From Armatimonadota bacterium (lineage in GTDB: Bacteria; Armatimonadota; SYMT01): a stretch of DNA of 64,000 bases. The notes under the pieces were generated by a model. It saw only the letters and a list, made by a program, of their open reading frames with translations, did no database searches and had not been told where the DNA came from. The stretch is taken from positions 45,031 to 109,030 of the forward strand of contig JBKBRF010000023.1 in NCBI GenBank assembly GCA_046292385.1, in the 5' to 3' direction. A program made the translations under genes and the position numbers. Shown here piece after piece: positions 1 through 9,982 of this stretch (its first letter is position 1; each line of letters starts with the position of its first letter).

Positions 1-87
1 AGGGACGATCAGGCTGCCTTCGAGCAGCTGGTCCTCCACGGGAATCTGGACCTCGCGATTGATGGCGAGGCCGGTTGAAGTCATCAT
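1..87 (-). CDS. 5' end of a gene running off the window; possibly dienelactone hydrolase-like alpha/beta hydrolase
   Basis: Minus frame from ATG at 87 reads MMTSTGLAINREVQIPVEDQLLEGSLIVP with GGAGG upstream; only 29 codons are visible. Confidence 0.4.
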   Translation of the reverse strand, partial: MMTSTGLAINREVQIPVEDQLLEGSLIVP

Positions 88-282
88 CGGGTCAGCCCTC
101 CAGCCAGTAGTTACCCGTCCCGGCCCCGACCGAAAAGGTCACGCCCAGATTCGGGCGCGCCGCGGCGGGGCCGGAAGGATGCCGGCACGGTTCGGCCCGG
201 AGAATTGCCGAGGGCATGGCGGCCCGGGGGGCGAAGGAGTAGATAAGCCTGGCGGCGCCGGCCGCGAGCCCGGGAGGAGACG

Positions 283-525
283 ATGGCTGAGAAGACCGAG
301 ACTGTCCCCCTCAAAGAGCGCCGCATCCTCGGCCGCACCATTCCGCAGCTCGTGACCCAGGGCGCCGCGGTGGCGCTGCTCGCCACCTTCATCTTTCAGA
401 ACCAGGAGCGCGTGGCGGTGCGCTTCCTCGTCTGGGAGATCGGCGGCGCGCTCGTCTGGGCCCTCACCGCCTCCGCCGGGCTCGGCTTCCTGATCGGTTA
501 CCTCACCCGCGGCCAGAAGGGCTGA
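283..525 (+). CDS. LapA/DUF1049-like small membrane protein
   Basis: GGAGGAG RBS; two hydrophobic segments around FIFQNQERVAVRFLVW. Confidence 0.7.
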   Translation: MAEKTETVPLKERRILGRTIPQLVTQGAAVALLATFIFQNQERVAVRFLVWEIGGALVWALTASAGLGFLIGYLTRGQKG

Positions 526-2154
526 TTAGGAGCCGGTACCGCTCCGGAGCGACCCCACGGCGTCGGCGGCATGCGGAGCGACGACGGCGGTGAGTCGGTC
601 GCCCGCGGCGAGACGCATCTCGGCGGTCGGGATGATGTCACGGAGACCGCGGCGCACCGTGATCAGCAGGCAGCCGGGGGGCAGACCCAGCTCCCGAATC
701 TTCCGGCCGTCGAAAGGCGCGCCAGGTAGGAGCGGCATCTCCACCAGGAGCGACTCCTCCAGCTCCGGCGACGACTGGCTCCGCAGCAGGTCGCGCTCCA
801 ACAGTGCCTCGTAGACGGGGCGGTCGCCCAGGAGGTCGGCTACCCCGTAGGCTGCCAGGCAGGCCACCAGCAGCGGCAGCATCTGCTCGTGGCTGCCGGT
901 CATCTCCACGATCATCACGATCCCAGTCAGCGGCGCCCGCACCACGGCGGTGAAGAACGCCGCCATCCCCACTACGGCAAAGGCGCCGGGGTGTCCTACC
1001 ATCCCCGGGGCAACGTGGTCTGCCACCAGGCCTACCCCGAGCCCGACCTGCGCCCCCAGCACCAGCATCGGCGCGAAGATGCCGCCGGGCGCGCCGGTGC
1101 CGTAGCTGACCATCGTCAGGACGAAGCGCAGCACAAAGTAGAATGGGATGAGCGCCAGCGCCACCCGGCCGGAGAGCGTCTCCTCCACCAGCGGATGCCC
1201 GCCGCCCAGCATCTCCGGGGCGAACCACCCGACCAGCCCCACCCCCGCCCCGACTACCGCCGCGCGCGCCGCGGGCGCCAAACTCGTGGTACGCTGCGTG
1301 AAGGAGAGCGTCCGCAGCAGCATCCGGTTGAAGAGAACGCCGAGCACCCCCGCCACCGCTCCGAGCACTAGAAAGGCGGGAATGGAGGCGAGCGGAGGGA
1401 TCGGATAGGCCGTGACGTGAAAGACGGGGAGCTGACCTAACAGCCCGCGCGCCACGATGTCGGCGGTTACCGCGGCCACGAACGCCGCGGTGAAAACGCC
1501 TGCGGAGAAATCGCGCTGCAGCTCCTCCAGCACGAAGACGAGCCCCGCCAGCGGCGCGTTGAACGCCGCCGCCAGCCCCGCTCCGGCACCGGCGGCGACC
1601 AGTGTCTGTCGCTCCCGCGGCGTGCTCCTGAACCACTGGGCCACCGCCTGTCCGGCGGCACCCCCCATCTGAACGGTGGGGCCCTCCCGCCCCAGGACCA
1701 GCCCGCCGCCGATCGCCGTAACCCCTCCCAGGAATTTCACCGCGATGATCCGCGCGCCGATCATCCCGCGGAGCCGGTGCAGCACCGCCTTGAGGTGCGG
1801 GATCCCGCTCCCCGAGGTCTCCGGCGCGAACCGGCGGACCATCCAGACCGAGACGGCGGCGCCGAACGCCGAGTAGAGCATCGGCAGCAGCCAGCCCCAC
1901 GCCGGGTAGCCGTAAGCGAGCTCGGTCAGCCGTTCCCGCAGCAGGTCCGCCGCCCGCAGGGACCAGCGAAACGCCACCGCCACCAGGCCCGCCAGGAGAC
2001 CGACCATGAGGGCGCGCGGCAGGAGGTGGCGGCGCTGCTCGTGGGAGCGGATAAAGTCCCGCACCTCCCCCACGACTGCCCGCGCCGCCTCCAGCGACGA
2101 TCGCTCCTCTCCCGCCCCGCCCGTCGGTTCGAGCTCGTTCGCTTTTTCCGGCAC
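526..2154 (-). CDS. clcA: ClC-family H+/Cl- antiporter with C-terminal RCK_C (TrkA-C) domain
   Basis: GSGIP, GREGP, FNAPLAG..FVLEE, GIFAP and PVYE motifs; RCK_C-like tail GRKIRELGLPPGCLLITVRRG. Confidence 0.9.
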   Translation of the reverse strand: MPEKANELEPTGGAGEERSSLEAARAVVGEVRDFIRSHEQRRHLLPRALMVGLLAGLVAVAFRWSLRAADLLRERLTELAYGYPAWGWLLPMLYSAFGAAVSVWMVRRFAPETSGSGIPHLKAVLHRLRGMIGARIIAVKFLGGVTAIGGGLVLGREGPTVQMGGAAGQAVAQWFRSTPRERQTLVAAGAGAGLAAAFNAPLAGLVFVLEELQRDFSAGVFTAAFVAAVTADIVARGLLGQLPVFHVTAYPIPPLASIPAFLVLGAVAGVLGVLFNRMLLRTLSFTQRTTSLAPAARAAVVGAGVGLVGWFAPEMLGGGHPLVEETLSGRVALALIPFYFVLRFVLTMVSYGTGAPGGIFAPMLVLGAQVGLGVGLVADHVAPGMVGHPGAFAVVGMAAFFTAVVRAPLTGIVMIVEMTGSHEQMLPLLVACLAAYGVADLLGDRPVYEALLERDLLRSQSSPELEESLLVEMPLLPGAPFDGRKIRELGLPPGCLLITVRRGLRDIIPTAEMRLAAGDRLTAVVAPHAADAVGSLRSGTGS

Positions 2155-2243
2155 CCGGTCCCAACCTTCACCACACGCGCAAGACGCCCGACCGAAACTC
2201 CGGCCGGGCGTCGCGCAACACGCGAGTCCGCTCTATACCGCTG

Positions 2244-4208
2244 CTACTTCTTCTCCGCGGGCGGCGCGGGCTTTACGGTGAGCGCCACGGCGGGCGCGGC
2301 GACCACCACATTCTTGCCGTTCCCCTGGACCACCACCGAGGAGGGACCAACGGCCGCGTTCCCCGCCGCTTCCAGCACCAGCTTGCCCTCGGTCTGGTCC
2401 TTCTTGATCGTCAGGCCTGCCGCCTTCACGTTCCCCGGCAGCCCCAGCACGGTGACCGCCACGTCTTCCTTGAAGTCGTCCTGGCGCTTCACCCGGACCG
2501 TGAGCTCCACCTTCTGGCCCGCCTGCACCTCCGCGGCGTCGCCCGTCACCTCCAGCACGTACTTCGGCGCGGCGCCGACCGCTCCCACCAGCAGCTCCGT
2601 CTCGCGCGTCTTCTGCTGGTTGGGCTGGTTCGTCAGCGGCGGCTGGTACTTCTCGGTGCCGGCGGCGCGGCGCTCCACGGTCTGCTCGCCCATCTTCGCG
2701 CTGCCGACTACGCTGATCCGCGAGTGGACCGGGGCCGTGCCGGCCGGCGCAAAGAGAGTCACCAGCGTGGAGCCCTGACCCTTGCGGATCGCCGCGGGGC
2801 TGGCCACCACCCCGGCGGGAAGCCCCTCGATCCGGAGCGGAATCTCCTCGTTGAAGCCGCCGCGGCGCTCGGCCGTAACGGTGATCACCGCGGCGGCGCC
2901 GGGCGGGATCGTCGGATTATCCGGGGCGACGGTGAGCCGGTAGTCCGGCCCCTCCGGCGGCGAGAGGCGGAGCCGGTAGTAGTAGCCGTCGCCGCCCCGT
3001 CCGCTCAGGCTCGACACCTCCGCCAGGTAGTCGCCGTCCGCGGGCGGGGTGAAGTTGAGCGCGGAGTCCTTCCCCGCGTCGTCGTCGTTCCTCGCCAGCT
3101 CTTTGCCGGACGAGTCGAGCACCCGGAGAACGGAGTCGAGCCGGGAGCCCAGCCGCCGTGCCGCGACCTCGATCCGGACCGGCTGCTTCCCTTTCGCGGA
3201 GAAGCGGTAATAGTCCCGATCTCCCATCCGGCCGATCCAGCCGCTAACGCCGCCCGGGATCTCCCCGACCTCCCCGGCTTTCGCTGCCTCGTCGTTCGGC
3301 TCGGCTTCCGAGCGCCCGGCTCCACCGGGGAAGACGGGGAACGGCGCGGACGGTCCCGTGGGTGTGGAGACGGTGACCAGCGCCGGCTCCTCGCTGCCGC
3401 CGGGGAGCTTCACCTCGGCTTCCCGCATTGCGCCGAGGTTCACGCCCTGCACCGCCAGCTTGACCGTGCTGCCCGGCGCACCGCCCAGGGGGCTCCACCG
3501 GGTCACCACCGGCAGCTTGCCCATCGAGAGCCGGTAGGTGTACTGCGGCCCACCCCGGAAGAGGCTGTCCCGCACCTGGAGCACGTAGCGCCCCGCCTTC
3601 TTGAAGGTGTGGACCAGCCGCGGATCCCGCTCGAAGTTGTCCATCGCGAACTTCACCACGCGTCCTTCGGCGTCGTGAAGACTCAGATAGCCGTCGAGGG
3701 CGGAGTGGTGGCCGGCGGCGTTGAGCGAGAAGACCCAGGTCTCCCCCGCCTGGGCCCGGAAGACGTACGAATCGATATCCTGTCCCTTGTCCGCGCGCCC
3801 GCTAAGTGTCACCGGGAAGGAGCTCACTTCCTGCGGCTGCTTGAGCGCGTCGTTCGGCTCCTTCTCCAGCGCGTCGGGGTACAGTCCCACCCAGATCCGC
3901 CCCGCGTTGGAGACCCCTTTCGCGGTGACGACCCGTATCTCCCGCGGTCCGACCGGGGCGTCCGCCGCGATCGTGAGTTGGATCGGCAGACTCGCCGCCG
4001 CGCCGCCCATACCCGGTGAGGCGGAGACTCCGCTGCCGCTGACCAGCACCTCCCGGACCTCCGTCAGCGCGGCGCCCGAGACCGCGGCCGTCACCTCCGT
4101 CCCGGCCTTTCCCCCCGGGGGATAGACCGCGTTGAGACTGGGGGCCTGTGCCGCCGCCGGCAACGGGCCCAGCGCCAGACACACCGCACCCAGCAGCAGC
4201 CGTTTCAT
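2244..4208 (-). CDS. Secreted PPC (pre-peptidase C-terminal) repeat protein
   Basis: Signal peptide MKRLLLG..AAAQA after GGAGG; two E.EPND..D.D.Y.F...LD..L repeats and Ig-like C-terminal domains; start moved from 4319 to 4208. Confidence 0.8.
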   Translation of the reverse strand: MKRLLLGAVCLALGPLPAAAQAPSLNAVYPPGGKAGTEVTAAVSGAALTEVREVLVSGSGVSASPGMGGAAASLPIQLTIAADAPVGPREIRVVTAKGVSNAGRIWVGLYPDALEKEPNDALKQPQEVSSFPVTLSGRADKGQDIDSYVFRAQAGETWVFSLNAAGHHSALDGYLSLHDAEGRVVKFAMDNFERDPRLVHTFKKAGRYVLQVRDSLFRGGPQYTYRLSMGKLPVVTRWSPLGGAPGSTVKLAVQGVNLGAMREAEVKLPGGSEEPALVTVSTPTGPSAPFPVFPGGAGRSEAEPNDEAAKAGEVGEIPGGVSGWIGRMGDRDYYRFSAKGKQPVRIEVAARRLGSRLDSVLRVLDSSGKELARNDDDAGKDSALNFTPPADGDYLAEVSSLSGRGGDGYYYRLRLSPPEGPDYRLTVAPDNPTIPPGAAAVITVTAERRGGFNEEIPLRIEGLPAGVVASPAAIRKGQGSTLVTLFAPAGTAPVHSRISVVGSAKMGEQTVERRAAGTEKYQPPLTNQPNQQKTRETELLVGAVGAAPKYVLEVTGDAAEVQAGQKVELTVRVKRQDDFKEDVAVTVLGLPGNVKAAGLTIKKDQTEGKLVLEAAGNAAVGPSSVVVQGNGKNVVVAAPAVALTVKPAPPAEKK

Positions 4209-4366
4209 GGGATCCTCCGAAGATCGCGCAGGGACGTAGTCGTTTCGCGGGGAATCGTAATGAGTGTAATGTAACCGCGGAGCGAGGGCTCGCAGGCCGG
4301 GGAGAGTGACCGCTGTCACTCCTGCCGGGAGCCTCTCACTCGACTCTCGGCGACTCGGAGGGTACG

Positions 4367-4633
4367 ATGACGCACGCGAAGACCGCCGGACTGGCGCTCC
4401 TGGCAGTGGCGGCTGTGGGGCTGATGGTGTTTAGCCTGAAGCAGAGCTTCTTCAACGAGCCGGAACGCGCGGGCGCGCGCGAAGCCGCCATCATGAAGGC
4501 GTCGATGGAAGCCGCGATCCGCGCCGCCAAGGAGCGCGAGGCGCGAGGCGAGCGCACGGAAGGCACCTCCGCCGCCGCGAGCGCCAAGAAGGACGCCAAC
4601 ACGCCGGGAAAGGCGCCCGCCCCGGCGCGGTAG
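4367..4633 (+). CDS. Small hypothetical membrane-anchored protein
   Basis: GGAGG RBS; N-terminal hydrophobic helix and charged tail. Confidence 0.65.
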   Translation: MTHAKTAGLALLAVAAVGLMVFSLKQSFFNEPERAGAREAAIMKASMEAAIRAAKEREARGERTEGTSAAASAKKDANTPGKAPAPAR

Positions 4634-4742
4634 AGCCTCGCGAGGCCGAAACCGAGGGTCGGAAGGCACGTCCCGGGCAGCCGTTGAACCTGCGTGGGGA
4701 CGCATCCGCGCGTACTCCCAACCTCGAGAAGGCAATCCCCCG

Positions 4743-5483
<741 letters not shown>

Positions 5484-5571
5484 CGCCGGTGGCAGGTTGG
5501 CAGGTCCACAGGTGGGCACCCCGATAGACAGGGCTGGAAACCTGAGGCCTGCAACCTGCTAACGCAGGGAG

Positions 5572-7737
5572 CTACTTCCCGCGGAGAGCGGTGAGCGAGC
5601 CGTCCATTCCGGTCACGTAGACCACGCCGCCGGCCGGCACCGGGTCGGAGAAGACGTAGAGCCGCGGCGTCACCTGGTACTCCCAGAGCCGGCGCCCGTC
5701 CGCCGCGGCGAGCGCGACGATCCGTCCCGTCCCGCCGGCGGAGTAGACGATCCTGTCCTGCTCCGCCGGGGCGGAGGGGATGAAGCCGGTCCCCGCGGCC
5801 GCCGTCCAGAGTGGGGTGCCGTCGGCCGCCAGTTTGCGCAGGTTGCCGTCGGTGCCGCGCAGGTAGACCGCCGAGCCGTCCTCCGAGCGGGCGACGCTGG
5901 AGACCTTCTCCTGCTGCTCGCCCAGCGTGCCGGTCTCGGGGTCGAGGAGCGACAGGCGGTACATCCGGTCGGCGATCCAGACCCGGCGCCCGGCGACCAC
6001 CGGCCCCGCGTCGGCCGGGCTGTAGTAGCGCGCCACCCCCGGCAGCGAGGCGGCGCTCCCGGCGCCCTTCGCCTTCCAGCGGATCTCGCCGGTGGCGGCG
6101 TCGAGCGCGTAGACGTGGCTGTCCCACGCGCCGTAGTAGAGCGTCCCCTGCTCCAGCCAGGGGCGGCTCTCGATCGAGTAGTCCGCCACGGCGCGCTCCC
6201 AGAGCTTCCGCCCGTCCGCTGCGGCCAGCGCGTAGACCCGGCCGTTGTTGGCGGCGAAGACGATGGTGTCGCCGACGGCGACCGCCGCGGAGTAGACCGG
6301 GTCGCCGACTTCGAACGACCAGCGCTGCCGCCCGCGGCGGTCGACCGCATAGAAGCGGCAGTCTCCCGAGCCGACGTAGAACGCGTCGCCGTGCGCCAGC
6401 GGCTGCGCCAGGATCTCGCCGCCGGTCCGGAAGAGCCACCGGCGCTTTCCGCTCTCCCGGCTGAAGGCGTAGAGGCCGCCATCGCCCGCGCCGGCGACCA
6501 CCAGGTCTCCCGCTGCCGCCGGAGAGCCTTTGCCGGAGCCGCCCATCCGCGCGCGCCAGAGGACTCGCTTCTCCGGCGCCTCTACGTAAAAGCGAGTGGT
6601 GCGCTGGAGCTCCTCGCCGTCTTTCGCGCGGAAGGTGACCCGCAGGTAGTGACAGCCCGGCTCCCACGCGGAGGTATCCACGCTCGCGCGCCACTCGCGC
6701 CGGTCCCGCTGCAGCGTGCCGGTCCGTCCTTCCACGTCGTCCGCCTGCCAGGTCGCCGACTCCAGGTCGTCCCGGTCGATCCGGACCCGCAGCGTCGTCA
6801 GGCCGGCCTCGACGTTCGCCGAGTCGCGCGGCGCCTGGAACGTGATGCGGGGATAGCGACTCGCCTTCCGCAGGGGACGCTCCAGCAGCGGCTGGCGCGG
6901 CGCCGGCTCCCAGGCCCGGCGGTAGGCGACCCGCAGCACGCCGTCCTTTACGGAGACGACCGAGTAGCCCGGCGCATTCCCGAAGGTGCTGCCGCCCATC
7001 ACCTGGTCCACCCCGGCCACCACCCGGTGCTGCGCCGCGTGGCCGTGACCCACCAGGATCAGCGCCACGTTGTAGGGGCGGAGCAGGTCGAGCAGCCGGT
7101 CGCGCTCGTAGAGCGAGGCGAGCTCGTTACTGTCGATCGGGTGATGGCAGAAGAGGAAGATCGGGGTGCTGCGGGAGACCCGCTTCAGGTCCTCCTTCAG
7201 CCAGCGGATCCCCTCTTCCCCGAACGACGGGCGCGGATCCTGCGGCGTGGCGGAGTCCCACCCGATGAAGTGACAGCCGTGCGCGTCGAAGGAGTAGTAG
7301 GGCGAGCCATGCAGCTTCCGGATCTCGTGGCGCTGGCAAGCCCAGGTGGAGTCGTGGTTGCCGGACTGGTGGTAGACCGGGAACGGCGCCCCCTTCCAGA
7401 GGTCGAGATACTGCTGCCACCAGCCCGAAAGCCCGCCGAACTCGGTGAGGTCGCCGGTCGCAATGGCGAACGACGGCGCCGGGACCTCCACCCCGTAGCC
7501 CGGCAGCGAGATCGGCTGCGTCAGCGTCTTGATCTGCGCGATCACCTCGGTCGAGCCGAACTGCCGCTCCGGGTCCGGCCCCGTCCTGCGCGTGACACCC
7601 GGTGGGACGTGGACGTCGCTGCAGTGGATGAAGCTGAAGTCCCCCGGCCCGCCGGGCTCCGCCGCGGAGACGAGAGAGACGAGCGTCGACGCCGCCAGCA
7701 CAGCGGCGAGAGTGGTGAGCGCGCGGAGGAATCGCAT
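5572..7737 (-). CDS. Secreted calcineurin-like metallophosphoesterase fused to a PQQ/BamB-like beta-propeller
   Basis: Signal peptide; SDVH, TGDL, GNHD, HHP and GHGH metal motifs; repeated G..YALD..TG...W blades. Confidence 0.85.
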   Translation of the reverse strand: MRFLRALTTLAAVLAASTLVSLVSAAEPGGPGDFSFIHCSDVHVPPGVTRRTGPDPERQFGSTEVIAQIKTLTQPISLPGYGVEVPAPSFAIATGDLTEFGGLSGWWQQYLDLWKGAPFPVYHQSGNHDSTWACQRHEIRKLHGSPYYSFDAHGCHFIGWDSATPQDPRPSFGEEGIRWLKEDLKRVSRSTPIFLFCHHPIDSNELASLYERDRLLDLLRPYNVALILVGHGHAAQHRVVAGVDQVMGGSTFGNAPGYSVVSVKDGVLRVAYRRAWEPAPRQPLLERPLRKASRYPRITFQAPRDSANVEAGLTTLRVRIDRDDLESATWQADDVEGRTGTLQRDRREWRASVDTSAWEPGCHYLRVTFRAKDGEELQRTTRFYVEAPEKRVLWRARMGGSGKGSPAAAGDLVVAGAGDGGLYAFSRESGKRRWLFRTGGEILAQPLAHGDAFYVGSGDCRFYAVDRRGRQRWSFEVGDPVYSAAVAVGDTIVFAANNGRVYALAAADGRKLWERAVADYSIESRPWLEQGTLYYGAWDSHVYALDAATGEIRWKAKGAGSAASLPGVARYYSPADAGPVVAGRRVWIADRMYRLSLLDPETGTLGEQQEKVSSVARSEDGSAVYLRGTDGNLRKLAADGTPLWTAAAGTGFIPSAPAEQDRIVYSAGGTGRIVALAAADGRRLWEYQVTPRLYVFSDPVPAGGVVYVTGMDGSLTALRGK

Positions 7738-7867
7738 GGGGTTTCCGGGAGAGAGCTCGCTGGGCCGGCAAACGGCCGCACCCGTTCACTCTCCACCCCC
7801 GGACCGCAGGGCTCCTCCCTGCGGCTTCAGAACCCCGCCACAGACGTACACGCCACCGCCGGAACCC

Positions 7868-8168
7868 GGGCGTCCGGAGGCGCTGCCGCAGGCAGAGCCG
7901 GAGGGCGGCATTTGTGACCACCCGTTGGCGGAGGGGTGGTCGCTCGAAGGTTTACCACCCGTACGGGTGGGTCGGGAATCAGCCCGTGAGCTCCGCTCCT
8001 GTGGGGGTAGGGCGGAGTGGCGCGGGAAGAGCCTATCGGAGCGCACTCCCGGAGCGGCCCGCTAACGGAGCGAAGCGGAGTGTGAAAGGCTTGTCCCCCG
8101 AACGGGGGGGGCCGGCGGAGGGCCCACGTCGCGGGAGGGCTGATTCCCGACACAAGGGCGCGGGGTCG
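7868..8168. repeat. About 300-nt structured dispersed repeat, copy A
   Basis: Reverse complement aligns with 24470-24730; perfect 15-bp internal inverted repeat 7971-7985 / 8137-8151. Confidence 0.85.
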
Positions 8169-8210
8169 GGGCGACGGTCTCGAGGCCGGTCACCGGAAGA
8201 AGGGCGAGAC

Positions 8211-8489
8211 TTACGACCCGGTAAGCTCCGCCAGTCGCGCCTGGAGTCCCTCCGCGTCGAGGCCGGTGATCCGGAAGCGCTTGTCGCGAGACTTCTCGCC
8301 GCCGATCAGCTCCACGTCCGCCCGCTTCACGCCCAGCACGTCGGCGAGGAAGTCGCGGCACGCGCGGTTGGCGGCCCCCTCGACGGGCGGGGCCGTGAGA
8401 CGGATCGCGAGGACGCCCTCCCGCCAGCCGACTACCTCGCTCTTCGACGCGCGCGGCTGCACCCGGACTCGCAGCTCCGTCTGGCGCAT
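8211..8489 (-). CDS. DUF167 / YggU family protein
   Basis: VRVQPRASK, APPVEGAAN and GEKSRDK motifs; true start is ATG 8489 within the longer ORF. Confidence 0.9.
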   Translation of the reverse strand: MRQTELRVRVQPRASKSEVVGWREGVLAIRLTAPPVEGAANRACRDFLADVLGVKRADVELIGGEKSRDKRFRITGLDAEGLQARLAELTGS

Positions 8490-8866
8490 CAGCCGAACAG
8501 CAGGTGGCGATAGAACTCGACGACCCGGCCCGAGTGCGCGAAGACGCCGGCCACGTAGCCGACCAGGTAGCAGACGATGACCCAGCGCATCACCTTGGTG
8601 ATCAGGACCGGGTTGCGGGGCCGGTACCACTCCGCGGCGATGACGGCGGGCACGAACGTCACCATCTTGGCGACGATGAACGGCACCGTTCCCATCTCCA
8701 GAAACCGCACCAGGACCGGGTTGCCTTCCCAGGCGATTCCCTGCCAGACCCAGTAGAGGGTGGTGATGAGATCCGCGAGGCAGATAAAGGTGATCAGCGT
8801 CCCTTCCCCGCTGACGGTACGGTGGAGGAGGGGTTTTCCAGTAGGTCCGAGGGAAGTCGCTTCCAT
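8489..8866 (-). CDS. DUF5658-like membrane protein
   Basis: D..TT..W....EGNP motif and three TM segments; stop overlaps the next start. Confidence 0.7.
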   Translation of the reverse strand: MEATSLGPTGKPLLHRTVSGEGTLITFICLADLITTLYWVWQGIAWEGNPVLVRFLEMGTVPFIVAKMVTFVPAVIAAEWYRPRNPVLITKVMRWVIVCYLVGYVAGVFAHSGRVVEFYRHLLFG

Positions 8867-8958
8867 GCACTGCGTCCTGCCGCCCGCTGCGGCTTCCGTG
8901 CCGCCGGGCGCTGATGGGGAAGGCTACAGGAGTAGTATTCCAGATTATCGCCGATTCG

Positions 8959-9804
8959 TTAGGCTAGTTGCCGCGTGCTCGTTTGCGTGCACTCTTCTAT
9001 GACGACCGTGGAGCGCCGGAGGATCGCCGCCTCCGCTCCGGGTCGCCATCGGGCGGCGCCGGAGAGCCACTCCGCCGCGCGCTCCCGGGCGAACCCGACC
9101 TCCTCCGGCGCGTGAGAGTCCGACCCGTACGTCAGCGGCACCCCCGCGTCGACGCAGCGGCGCAGCAGCCTCTCGTCCGGGAACGGCGCGCTGCCGCCCT
9201 TCCGGATGGCGGAGGTGTTGATCTCGATGCCGACTCCCGCCCCGGCGAGGACTCGGGCCGTCTCCGCAAACTCCTCCTCCAGGAGCGCGGGGTCGGGCGC
9301 AGGCCCAAAAGCAAGGATTCCGGTGATGTGACCCAGCACGTCGAAGAGCCCGCTCCGCGCGGAGTCCCGCACCAGCCGGAAGTACTCGCGGTGCTGCTCC
9401 TCCGCCGGCTTCCCCTCCCGCCAGCGGCGCTGGTCGTAGATGTGGACGTCGCCCACGAAGTGCACGGAGCCGATCAGGTAGTCGAACGGGTAGGCGGAGA
9501 GCACCTCCCGGTAGAGCTCCTCGAACCCGGGGGCGTAGTCGACCTCCAGCCCGAGCAGCACGTCGATGCGCCCGGCATAGCGGCGCTTCAGCTCCAGCAC
9601 CTCGTCCACGTAGCGCGGCAGCTCGCTGCGGGCCATCGCCGTGCCGGGGAGCACGTGGTCGCCGTCCCAGAAGTAGATCGGCGCGTGGTCGGTCACCCCG
9701 ATCTCCCGCATGCCCAGCGAGAGCGCGGCCTCCACGTACTCCTCGATCGTGCCGCGGGCGTGGCCGCACCGCTCGTGATGGGTATGGTGGTCGAACGTCA
9801 GCAT
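8959..9804 (-). CDS. PHP-family histidinol-phosphatase (HisJ/HisK type)
   Basis: DHHTH..RCGHA, TDH, GLEVD, DYLIGSVH, EINTS and GSDSH motifs; start ATG 9804. Confidence 0.88.
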   Translation of the reverse strand: MLTFDHHTHHERCGHARGTIEEYVEAALSLGMREIGVTDHAPIYFWDGDHVLPGTAMARSELPRYVDEVLELKRRYAGRIDVLLGLEVDYAPGFEELYREVLSAYPFDYLIGSVHFVGDVHIYDQRRWREGKPAEEQHREYFRLVRDSARSGLFDVLGHITGILAFGPAPDPALLEEEFAETARVLAGAGVGIEINTSAIRKGGSAPFPDERLLRRCVDAGVPLTYGSDSHAPEEVGFARERAAEWLSGAARWRPGAEAAILRRSTVVIEECTQTSTRQLA

Positions 9805-9982
9805 AGATCTCCGGTACTTCGGCGCCCCGGCAAACCAGCCGGTGCTGAGCTGTTGTACCACGTTCGCCGCCTTCGCCAACGGCGTTCTCCGAGGTGCCCC
9901 CTCTCGCGGGCCTTGCGGTGGGAGACGCGAGTGTAACCCGCGGAAGCCGGGGAGCATCCTAGTGGCGGAGGTGCAGCCAGCG

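Noticed and set aside
7786..8153. Short ORFs in intergenic gaps (also 15782-16129, 60240-60530, 63502-63880)
   Set aside because: They coincide with repeat elements and lack RBS, codon bias or motifs.
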